Shown: piece by piece, positions 42,487 through 53,035 of the stretch | Layout: each line of letters starts with the position of its first letter | Numbering within the stretch: the first letter of the stretch is position 1 | Source: the human T2T-CHM13v2.0 reference genome, Homo sapiens | Reading direction: 5' to 3' (one strand) | Assembly (NCBI RefSeq): GCF_009914755.1 | Contig: NC_060926.1 | DNA: 64,000 bases | The notes under the pieces: generated by a model | What the model saw: the letters and a program-made list of their open reading frames with translations, nothing else | The model's database searches: none | Told to the model about the DNA's origin: nothing | Position numbers and translations under genes: made by a program

Positions 42487-43259
42487 AAAAATAGATACAC
42501 AAAAATATCAAATGTGGCTATTTATAGATCTTAAATACTTAAAGGGTATGATTATTACACCTTGGCTCCTTCTCACTCACATTTTAAAGATGTAGGGAAA
42601 GGTGATGCCTAAAAAGACTACCATTCCTAAAATCTTATGATTTCACAATTTTCTGCATAGAAGTAGTTGCTTTTAAAACTCTAGTATGTATTTGAGCTGT
42701 ATGACTCCCTGAGAATGGAATATGCTAGGATCCAGTAAAGGGATATTGAGGTTTGGCCTAAGGGCTAAACAAATAAATACGTTGAGGCCAGAGGCATAGT
42801 CAAAGGTTAGCTCCTTGGTAAGAAAATAGATAATCCCCCTCTGAAAACTCCAGGTGAATCTAGGGCCCAGAAAAAAATACCCACTTCTCCAGGGTCATGC
42901 AAGGCTAAAACAGACCAGCCTAGGAGCATGGATACAAACTGGACTAGCAAGCACCACAACCTCAGAAATTAGAATTTGGTGAGGCAGCTTTTCATTAGTA
43001 AGATGAATAACAAGAGGGAATACTTGTTTTAAAATTGCATCAAGCTAACTGAAAAAGAAAGATTAGGTGCAGGCATCCACAATTTGTTATTATGTTTTTC
43101 AATCTTGGAGACCGGAATTCTCCTGTGCTTTGAATTAACAGCACGCAAGTGATACACTATAGAGAAGAAAAGTCAAAAAATTAGTAAATCAATAGGGCTG
43201 CCTTTATATAACTTGCCACCATAATTTTTCCCTGGATGCTTCCAACGTATCTATAGTTT

Positions 43260-45330
43260 TGTTTATTCATTTGGCAAAATAGGGCACCCACATCCTTGGC
43301 ACAGTTCATGGGCTTGAATTGTAACCGGGAAGAAGACAAATATAATTCCTGCTGTGATACTGTGATTTAAAATGAGATATATACATTTGGTCTTCACTCC
43401 CTTCTCCTGACATATAACTCTTAAAATCTTTGAAATCTCTGGAGTGATAAGAATATCATTTGTATGCTAATGAATGTTTGCTGGCTGGCAGCCTCTAGAT
43501 AGCTTCAGAATGGGGGCCAGTCACCAAGACCAAGACAGAATTAGAGGGTTAAAACTTTCAGCCCCACCACCAACATCCAAGTAGGTGAGAAAGGCTGAAA
43601 GCTAAGTTGATAACCAATGACCAATGATTTAATCAATCAGGCCTATGTAATGAAGCTTCCATAATAACTCAAAAGGACTGGAGTCAGGGAGCTTCCTGAC
43701 AGCTGAACATGTGGAGGATCCCAGAGAGAGTATGGCAGCTCTGTGCCCCTTCTTCCGTACATCTTCATCTGACTGTTTATCTGTATCCTTTGTAATATTC
43801 TTTATAATAATCAAGCCAAATGTAAAGTATTAAGTGTTTCCCTGACTTCTGTGAGCTGCTCTCGCAAATTAATGGAACCCAAGGATGGGGTCTACAGCCA
43901 GTCAGTCAAAACCTGTGCTTGCAACTGGCATTGGAAGTCGGTCGGGAGGCACTCTTCTGAAAATGATCCTTCAACTTAAGGGATCTAACACTTTCTGCTG
44001 CTAGACTGTGTCTGAATTGACTTAAATTAGAGAACACTTGGCAGGTGTCTGTTGGAGAACTGCTGGCTTGATGTTTGGGGGAAAACCCCCACACATCTCA
44101 TGTTAGAGGTATTGTGTTGGCTCTGCAAGAGTAGGAAAGCCACTTTGACTCTTCCCACATATCTTACATCTGCTCTCATGGAAATTACAGTGGCTATAGA
44201 CAGAGAATGAATTCTTAAACTTAAGAAAAACAATATAGTTTCAGAGAGTGATCCATGATTGGAGCTGTAAAGAAACCAGAAGATGTGGTTGAGAGGGACT
44301 GGGGGAAGGGAAAGAGGGGCCACAGGTTGGTGGATTCTTTAATTAGATGGGCTAATTGGAACATCCTCACTAAAAAGGTAGCATCTGAGCTGAGAGTGAA
44401 ATGACAAGAACAAGCTAGTCATGTAATCTTCTGGGGACAGTTTTACAAATAAAAGTAAAAACAAGTATGAAAGCCCCAACTAGGAACAACTTAAAGTATG
44501 TAAGAAAAGCAAAGACAGGTAAAGCCAATGAGCCAGTGAAGGAAAGTGAGGTATGATGCAGCCTGGAGTCACAGATCATTTGGCCTGAAAAAGGAGTTGA
44601 AATTTAGACATTAGATGAAAAGACTATTCTAGCCATCTTGCTACTAGATGATGGTGGCCTGACTAATGCATCACCTGTGAAAATGAAAAGACCCATATAA
44701 ATTCGGGATACATTTTGGAAGTGACCCTAAGTAATCCTTCAATTGTTGGGGTGATTATGTATGTTTGTGTTTTAAAGTGCGGTTCAGTGAGGGATCAGAT
44801 GACTCCTAGGTGTATTTCGCTTGAACAACAAGGCATATACTAATGATATCTATTGAGAAGAAACTTCGGCAGAAATTATGAACTAGAAAATGGAGAATGG
44901 ATAGCTCTGTTTTGGTCTTGAGAAGTTTGAGATAGCTCTTAGACATCCCAGTGGAAAGGTCAAGCAGAGGGTTTTTTACATAAATTAGGAGCTCATTGCA
45001 GAGATCAGGATTAGAGATATACATTTGGGATTCATCAGCATTTAGATGGCATTAAACGCCACAGTACTGAATCACCTTCAGAAAGATTACAGTCTTTCAG
45101 ACCAGCATTTGGAAGCCAACAGAGCAGAAGTCAGCAAGAAAGGCCAAGAAGAGCAGTAGGTATGGAGGAGAACATAGCATCATGATGCCACAGCAGAAAG
45201 TGTTTGAAGAAGAAAAGAACTGTCAACTTTGTGACTTGCTACCGCTGAGTAAAAAAATGAGGACAGAAATGTGATCACTGGATTTGGCGCATAGTGACCT
45301 TGGTAACAGTCTATTCAATCAAGAATGGCA
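43260..45330 (-). mobile_element. L2, split by the MER21 LTR
   Basis: ...aattcctgc [LTR] tctcatggaaattacag...; agacatcccagtggaaaggtcaagcag...gattagagatatacatttgggattcatcagcatttagatgg. Confidence 0.75.
43353..44168 (+). mobile_element. MER21-type (MER21B-like) solo LTR
   Basis: TG...CA ends; ccaatgatttaatcaatcaggcctatgtaatgaagc; gtgtttccctgacttctgtgagctgctctcgcaaattaat; 5-bp TSD CCTGC/TCTGC. Confidence 0.82.
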
Positions 45331-45785
45331 AATAGCCTGGAAGAAACTGTTGAGGTCGATGCGTATGATACAATGAATTAAAATACATCAATATTTCTAG
45401 CAAAGAAATACTATCATTTTTACCTATACTTCAATTCATCCCTGATTTCATGAATATCACAATATAGAATTTGGTTATAATTTATTGTTTCATAGCAGTT
45501 AGTTTTTTGAAGCTGTGAAAACTCACAATAATTAGCAGCAAATAATTAATGTGCTTATAAAATACTCTGGGGAAATATGCCCTGACACTTAGTATCCCAA
45601 ATGGCATTACTCTTAAAAGCAATACATGTGACCCTCTGGCTATAATAGTAAAAAATAATTTTTAAAAATGAAGAACAAAGTAAACTCTTTTAAAGACTTA
45701 CTTTCAAATGTCACAATAGCAATAAATTATTGATTTCCACATCTAAAATTAATGTTTTTATTTATTTATTTATTTAGTTTTTTAA

Positions 45786-47455
45786 TTGATCGTTCTTGGA
45801 TGTTTCTCACAGAGGGGGACTTGGCAGGGTCATAGGACAACAGTGGAGGGAAGGTCAGCAGATAAACAAGTGAACAAAGGTCTCTGGTTTTCCTAGGCAG
45901 AGGACCCTGCGGCCTTCCGCAGTGTTTGTGTCCCTGGGTACTTGAGATTAGGGAGTGGTGATGACTCTTAACGAGCATGCTGCCTTCAAGCATCTGTTTA
46001 ACAAAGCACATCTTGCACCGCCCTTAATCCATTTAACCCTGACTGGACACAGCACATGTTTCAGAGAGCACAGGTTTGGGGGTAAGGTCACAGATCAACA
46101 GGATCCCAAGGCAGAAGAATTTTTCTTAGTACAGAACAAAATGAAAAGTCTCCCACGTCTACTTCTTTCCACACAGACAGGGCAACCATCCGATTTCTCA
46201 ATCTTTTCCCCACCTTTCCCCGCTTTCTATTCCACAAAACCGCCATTGTCATCATGGCCCGTTCTCAATGAGCTGTTGGGTACCCCTCCCAGACGGGGTG
46301 GTGGCCGGGCAGAGGGGCTCCTCACTTCCCAGTAGGGGCGGCCGGGCAGAGGCACCCCTCACCTCCCGGACGGGGCGGCCGGGCAGAGGCACCCCTCACC
46401 TCCCGGACGGGGCGGCTGGCCGGGCGGGGGGCTGACCCCCCCCACCTCCCTCCCGGACGGGGCGGCTGGCCGGGAGGGGGGCTGAACCCCCCGCCTCCCT
46501 CCCAGATGGGGCGGCTGGCCTGGCGGGGGCTGACCCCCACCTCCCTCCCAGACGGGGTGGCTGCCGGGCGGAGGGGCTCCTCACTTCTCAGACGGGGCGG
46601 CTGCCGGGCGGAGGGGCTCCTCACTTCTCAGACGGGGCGGTTGCCAGGCGGAGGGTCTCCTCCCTTCTCAGACGGGGCGGCTGGGCAGAGACGCTCCTCA
46701 CCTCCCAGACGGGGTCGCGGCCGGGCAGAGGCGCTCCTTACATCCCAGACAGGGCGGTGGGGCAAAGGCGCTCCCCACATCTCAGAAGATGGGTGGCCGG
46801 GCAGAGACACTCCTCACTTCCTAGATGGGATGGCGGCCGGGAAGAGGTGCTCCTCACTTCCTAGATGGGATGGCGGCCGGGCAGAGACCCTCCTCACTTT
46901 CCAGACTGGGCAGCCAGGCAGAGGGGCTCCTCATGTCCCAGACGATAGGCGGCCAGGCAGAGACGCTCCTCACTTCCCAGACGGGGTGGCGGCCAGGCAG
47001 AGGCTGCACTCTCGGCACTTTGGGAGGCCAAGGCAGGCGGCTGGGAGGTGGAGGTTGTAGCGAGCCAAGATCACGCCACTGCACTCCAGCCTGGGCACCA
47101 TTGAGCACTGAGTGAACCAGACACCGTCTGCAATCCCGGCACCTCGGGAGGCCGAGGCTGGCGGATCACTCGCGGTTAGGAGCTGGAGACCAGCCCAGCC
47201 AACACAGCAAAACCCCGTCTCCACCAAAAAAATACGAAAACCAGTCAGGCGTGGTGGCACGTGCCTGCAATCGCAGGCACTCGGCAGGCTGAGGCAGGAG
47301 ACTCAGGCAGGGAGGTTGCAGTGAGCCGAGATGGCAGCAGTACAGTCCAGCTTCGGCTTGGCATCAGAGGGAGACCGTGGAAAGAGAGGGAGAGGGAGAC
47401 CGTGGGGAGAGGGAGACCGTGGGGAGAGGGAGAGGGAGAGGGAGAGGGAGAGGGG
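45786..47455 (-). mobile_element. Full-length SVA retrotransposon (SVA_D-like)
   Basis: Minus strand reads (CCCTCT)n hexamer (~47371-47455), Alu-like domain (~47011-47370), GC-rich VNTR (~46284-47010) and SINE-R (~45786-46283) ending ...AAGAACGATCAATTAAAAAA. Subfamily call is from recalled diagnostics only. Confidence 0.96.
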
Positions 47456-47587
47456 TAATTTTGTATTTTTAGTAGAGATGGGGTTTCTCCATGTTGATCA
47501 GGACAGTCAAACTCCCAAACTCAGGTGATCCGCCCGCCTCGGGCTCCCAAAGTGCGGGGATTACAGGCATGAGCCACTGTGCCCGGC
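47456..47587 (-). mobile_element. AluSp left arm carried inside the SVA insertion
   Basis: Minus strand GCCGGGCACAGTGGCTCATGCCTGTAATCCC...CAACATGGAGAAACCCC...AAAAATACAAAATTA stops at the A-rich linker, directly before the SVA hexamers. Confidence 0.9.
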
Positions 47588-47824
47588 TAACTCAGGATTT
47601 TTCCCTTTGCTGATGTAGCCTGACAGCAGGAGGGAGCCTATAATAATGAGAAAGGCGCGAATCAAAAACAGCACAGTGGCAAGTGCGATGGCCTTATAAG
47701 GGATCTTAGGAGGGGTTTTCTTAAACTGAAGGTCCATGTAGCCATCGTCTGTGCTGGAGAGCCTTGAATATTTCACTTTACTACTGGGGATTCCAGTAGC
47801 CAGGTTGGTACGGGACGGCATCAT
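47561..47824 (-). CDS. Potential 87-aa TMEM230(1-74)-adaptor/Alu fusion ORF (translation unproven)
   Basis: ATGATG at 47824, open frame through the junction at 47603/47602, then [13 protein letters not shown] and a TAA inside the Alu at 47561. Confidence 0.3.
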
Positions 47825-47937
47825 AACAGGCTGACACAGCGGAGCGCCGCGCCAGGCCGCCCGCACACCCAGAGCTCGCCCACGGTTGGCAGCGCCCAAG
47901 GTTGCACGGCATGGCCCGCTTAAGTGCCACTCAGCCC
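47603..47937 (-). pseudogene. TMEM230: Processed, 3'-truncated TMEM230 copy (5' leader + codons 1-74)
   Basis: Translation [74 protein letters not shown] matches the TMEM230 N-terminus as I recall it (differences I30M, G56R). It is intronless, and the upstream sequence reads [21 protein letters not shown], exon 1 of the long isoform. Confidence 0.93.
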
Positions 47938-48160
47938 TAATGTTTTTATTTATGAAGTAACTTAACTTTTGGTAACATAATATATAACTTCTCTTTCACA
48001 GATTATTTTATTTTTTTAGAATTCTAGAGTTTGAATGAATCCAATTAAGTGTGCTCTGTGTGTCTTCTCAGCCTGCCCTTAGCAAGACTCACAATGTGAG
48101 TTCTGTTCTACTTGCTATCAGGAGAAACCGCACAGGAACCCAAAGAATACTGCCTGCTGG

Positions 48161-48194
<34 letters not shown>
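48161..48194 (+). repeat. A34 homopolymer not attached to a recognisable retroelement
   Basis: Visible directly in the sequence. Confidence 0.95.
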
Positions 48195-48197
<3 letters not shown>

Positions 48198-48939
48198 CAT
48201 TTCTTCACAAAGTCTCTGGCTGTGGCAAATAGAACACACCATCCGTTTATAGAGTCTGCTAATTGGCACTAGGGCATTGTCTGGGCTTGCACTTCTTTAC
48301 TGGCAAATGCAGCTCATTTTTATTTATGCTCTTCAATAGATTCAGCTACCAATACATACAGATTTGGATTATGAAAAATTATCTAGGCAGGTAAAAGGAA
48401 TTGAAATTTCAGACAGTTCAGTGGATTAGGAGGGAGGGTGAGGTAGGCCCAAACTACCTTGAAGAAGGAGTATTTTGTGAAAATGAGCCAAGCCCCATGT
48501 TCACTTTTGAATAATAAAAACACTCATCCACATGCCGACATGACACAGGGATTTTATTGTGAATTGTCACACACGGTAGTTTTATTAGTACCTATTCAAC
48601 ACTAAGCTAATTTAAAAGCACTTGAAACCTTGGGCAGACGTTTTTAAATGAAAAAAAAAAAAGTTCAAAAAGCTCTGCATCATATACTATCTACTATAAA
48701 TAAAATAAGACTCAGTTCTTCTGAGCCCTGAAACACATTCATTTCCACATGAGCTGCCTGCACCAAGGATCACTTTCATCATTCTCTAGGGCAACACAGT
48801 TCCCTGTTCTGTCAGAACTTTATGGCATTCACCCTTTTGCCTAGTTTTCACTGCTTGGTCCATTTATAATACATCTCCTCCCATACTAGATTCCTATAAG
48901 AGGTCTCATTTAATTTCTTTTAAAATTAAATTAATACAA

Positions 48940-49820
48940 TTAACTTTGAAAAACTGGTAGTCTTTACTAAATCTCAACATAAGCATACTCCATGGCCTAG
49001 ACTTTTCACTCTTAAGTATAGACCCAGCAGAAAAAACGACACACACATCCACCAAAAGACATGCACTAAAGTGTTCGTAGCAGCGCTATTTATTTGTATT
49101 ACTTTTATTTTTATGTTTTATTTTTGTGGGCATATAGTAGGTGTATATGTTTATGAGGTACATGAAATGTTTTGATGCAGGCATGCAATATGAAATAAGC
49201 ACATCATGGAAAATGGGGTCTCTGTCTCCTCAAACATTTATCCTTTCGGTTACAAACAATCCAATTATACTCCTTAAGTTATTTATAAATGTACAATTAA
49301 GTTATTAAAACAAATATGTGTGGTCAAATAAAGAGTAGAATGGATAAAATTCTCACACAATGGAAACTGTAATACAATGAGAATGAACAATCTACAACTT
49401 CATGCAACAAGGATAAATCTCAATAATAGATTGTTGAGCCAAACATGTCAAATAACAGATCACAGTGAATTATTTCATTACATAAAGAACAAATACCTTA
49501 TCCTGACTAATATACCAGGTCTGAGTAAAATAATTGGGAAATTTTAGCCAATGTAAACATGTCTAATTCCCTTTTTATAAGTACAAAACCAGTCACAATT
49601 AGACTATGTTCCTAGAAGAAAGTATTAGTTATCCTTACTGTGGGAGCTAATGAGTAGAGGGGGCTTGAGGGGCTTCTGAAACTCTGGTGTTATTCTTGCA
49701 TCTGGGTACAGATTACACAAATGTGTTCAGTTTGTCAAAGTTCTTCAGAGTGTATAAATATGTTAAGATACGTACACATTTCTGTCTTTAGAATACAGTT
49801 TGAAAACAATTTTAAAACCC
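48940..49820 (+). mobile_element. Old L1M (L1ME/MC-like) 3' fragments
   Basis: ccaccaaaagacatgcactaaagtgttcgtagcagcgctattt ... tctgggtacagattacacaaatgtgttcagtttgt. Confidence 0.65.
49091..49307 (-). mobile_element. L1MA (early MA) 3' end nested in the older L1
   Basis: ttttgtgggcatatagtaggtgtatatgtttatgaggtacatg...ttacaaacaatccaattatactc. Confidence 0.8.
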
Positions 49821-50129
49821 TTAAATTTCTAAAACTTGTTTTTAAAACATGGACGTTACACCTACCCTCATATTTGGACTGAATTTCCAGCCTTGTAACA
49901 AGAGAGCATTCTCCGGAATATGAATAGAACTGGTGGCAGACTATTCATGTCATGCGAACAGTTAGTTTGCTTTCTAAACTAGATTGTACTTTTCCCAAGA
50001 GCAGGAGCCATTTCTTTTGTGTCTGTTCATGTGTCTGTTTTGTGCACAGATGCACAGAGAAACAGCGTTCTGAGTGACGCTGATTGTTCACATTGAGTAG
50101 CAGTGGCGGGCAAGCAAAAAAGAGCAGGG

Positions 50130-50520
50130 CTGAAATTTGGAAGGCTTTAAATAATAACTGGTTTCCAAGTTTGGATGCCATCTTCTAGGCAACAGTCAAC
50201 TGTAAAGATTTTGAGTGAGGCAATAACATAAGGAAAATATTATTTTAGGCATGCATACGTACTAGAATCGAGAAAATCAATGCCAGCAGACCAGTCAGCA
50301 GGCTTAGTTTAAGCCTAAACTAGAATGATCCTGGCACCAATGGAAAAGAGGGATGGGCATATATGAAAAAAAGTCAGACAAAAATAATCTATAGAGCTTT
50401 GAAAGTGATAGAGGTCAAGAGAGTTGTAAGTTCTAAAGTGATTGAGTTTTGCAGACTGAGTGAGAGCTTAATAGAGGAAGGAAAACCTTATGGATTAATT
50501 GATTTGGGAAGACACTGAAA
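50130..50520 (-). mobile_element. L2 fragment
   Basis: gtttggatgccatcttctaggcaacag...aaagattttgagtgagg. Confidence 0.45.
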
Positions 50521-50533
50521 AAATGACATAATG

Positions 50534-50850
50534 GGCCAGGTGCGGTGGCTCACACCTGTAATCCTAGCATTTTGGGAGTCCACGGTGGGCCGATCACCTG
50601 TGGGTCAGGAGTTCGAGATCCACCTGGCCAACATGGCGAAACCTCATCTCTACTAAAAATGTAAAAATCAGCCAGGCATGGTGGCAGGCACCTGTAATCA
50701 CAGCTACTCCAGAGGGTGAGGCAGGGGGAACTGCTTGAACCCAGTAGGCAGAGGTTGCAGTGAGCCAATGTCGCACCACTGCACTCCAACTCCAGCTTGG
50801 GCGACAGAGTGAGATCCCGTCTCAAAAACAAACAAACAAACAAACAAAAA
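50534..50850 (+). mobile_element. AluSx-like with (AAAC)n tail
   Basis: Full dimer, small internal duplication actccaactccag; TSD GACATAA(T/C)G. Confidence 0.93.
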
Positions 50851-51007
50851 GACATAACGAATAGCCAAAGTTGGAGCTCAATGCAGAACTCATACAAAGT
50901 ACAGGACTCAGATTTCATATATTAAATGTTTCTGTTTTCCTCAGGGTATTAAAAATACTAAAGAGGCACAGAGATATAGTGAGAAAGCATGAGAAGATTT
51001 AGAAATG

Positions 51008-51980
51008 CTAAACATCATCAAAATTAAAAACACTATTTCTGTGAAAGGATAGACTGAGAGGAAAATATTTTCAAATCACAAATCTGACAAAAGACTTGAA
51101 TTCAGACTATATAAGGAATTCTCAAATGTCAACATTCAGAAAACCTACAAATCAATTTAAAAGTGGACAAAATAATTAAACAGACACTTCACCAAACAGG
51201 CTATATGGGGGCAAATAAACACAGGAAAAAAAGTTTAGCATTAGTCATCAGCAAAATGCAAAATAACACCACAATGAAATGCAAATTAACACCATGTTCT
51301 ATACATATATTACAATGAATAAAATGAAAAACACTGATAGTACCAAGTCCCGACAAAGATGTGGAACAACTAGAACTCTAACACATTGCTGGTGAGAATG
51401 CAAAATGGTACAGTTCCTCTGGAAAACAGTTTGGCAGTATCCTATAAAATTAAATATATACTTACCATATGTCCCCAAGATTCTACTTTTAGATGTTTAT
51501 CCAAGAAAAATGAAAGCATGTATCCAGAGAAAGATTTGTATATGAATGTTTACAGTTGTTCTATTTATAAATTTATCAGGTACATGGATAAACATACTGT
51601 GGTACCTCCCTACAATGGAATAATACATACCAATAAAAAGGAGCAATCTATTTACAGAGAGAACTTGCATATATCTCAAAGGTCAAGCTGACAGAAACAA
51701 GCTAGTCTCAAACAGTTCCACATGTTATGATTACATTTATACGACATTCTCAAAGAGACAAAACTATAGTTACAGAGAAATGGTCAGTGGATGCCATGGG
51801 TAAAGGTGGGAGAAGAGTATATCTACAAAAGGACAGCAAGAGGAAGTATTGTTGGGCATTGGAACTGTTCTTGTATCCTGACTGTAGTGGTGGTTATACA
51901 AAACTGCACGTGTTAAAATTCACAGAACTTCATATACCACTCAAAAAGTCAATTTTCTTATATGTTAATTTAAAAAAATC
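51008..51980 (+). mobile_element. L1M (L1MC/L1MD-like) 3' portion
   Basis: gatgtggaacaactagaactct...gctggtgagaatgcaaaatggtacag...tgtatcctgactgtagtggtggttataca. Confidence 0.8.
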
Positions 51981-52729
51981 TTCTAAGGAAATGCACAGAT
52001 AGAACATAAAGCAACCATTTAAATGTCAGTATTCTTTTGTATTTTTACTGTTATTTATCTAAGAGTATCTAAAAATTCCACAGTAATAGGACAAGTAACT
52101 TACTAGATACTCCAGTATGCCTATAAAAATTACATAAAAACAAATTTAAGAAATTGAACTTTTTTGCCAAACAACTGAAATTTAATTTATACCAGATTAT
52201 ACAAAATACTTAATGTAAAACTAGTTACCAAACCTAATTAGCAAATGTACAGTAATTGACCTAATTGGCAAATTTCTTATTATTTATTGAGATCACTGAC
52301 TACCCAGCTGGGCTTACTAAAAAACTGAGAAGTAGTCAAAAGACTAAAGAAAAAAAATCCAAATATATTGAACATGGGAGGGATTTTGCTCTTAAATTTA
52401 AGATTCTCTGTAATCAACTGTGAAAATCTGAATACATTTGTTTTCTAGGTGAACAAGGGACAATAATAAATCATAACTGTCAATTTTGCTCAAAATATGG
52501 TTTAGGAGTACATTTTGGACTTCTCAGGCAGTTAATTGGTTTTGCAGTTTTGAAGGATGTGGTGCTCAGTTTTTGAGGGGTTGAAAACAACTCAACTGCT
52601 AGAATTTCAGGAGGAAAACAATAACTATAACAAAATTCACAGTGGCTTTTTAACTAAGGTGACTTTTTTGGAAAGTTACCCTAAATGATCTGACCAGTTT
52701 CATGTATCATAATGATTTTGAATTGAGAT

Positions 52730-52870
52730 AAGAATAATTGGTACGTGATCTCAGAAAATCTGAATTTGAAGGACGCCAATAACAAACTAGATAACCACTG
52801 GCAAATTAGTAAACCTCTTTGATCCTCAGTTTACTCATTTGTAAAATAAACTATCTGTATTAGATAAGAA
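52730..52870 (+). mobile_element. MIR fragment
   Basis: ggcaaattagtaaacctctttgatcctcagtttactcatttgtaaaat. Confidence 0.7.
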
Positions 52871-52904
52871 GTTCTAATCTTTACTATATTACATATATCT
52901 CTGT

Positions 52905-53035
52905 GTGCGTATCTTAGATTCCTAAGCAGGGCCCAACCCAGGTCTGAGTTGGGGCTCAGGGGTGCATCATTGTAATAGGAGCCTTTGTGGTGCTGAGGCA
53001 GATGGTCCTTAGTGCACGCCTTTAGAAACACTGGA
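52905..53035. mobile_element. MER5A-like hAT fragment
   Basis: agattcct...gggcccaaccca...gtggtgctgaggcagatggtcctt...ctttagaaacactg. Confidence 0.5.

Larger units (their letters stand above)
45766..47937 (-). mobile_element. Composite retrotransposed insertion: TMEM230 5' transduction + AluSp left arm + SVA + A-rich tail
   Basis: TAATGTTTTTATTTAT flanks the whole unit (45750-45765 and 47938-47953). All parts are co-oriented on the minus strand and end in a degenerate A/AAAT tail. Confidence 0.93.

Noticed and set aside
45766-47528. Cluster of 60-184 aa ORFs on both strands
   Set aside because: Generic translations of SVA SINE-R, VNTR and Alu-like sequence.
47825-47899. N-terminal extension [10 protein letters not shown]... 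in the ORF track
   Set aside because: Begins at a TTG in the 5' leader; the credible start is the TMEM230 ATG at 47824.
47603-47937. Interpretation as the real TMEM230 gene or an ordinary standalone processed pseudogene
   Set aside because: It is intronless, lacks the last exon, 3' UTR and its own poly(A), and shares one TSD with the Alu and SVA.
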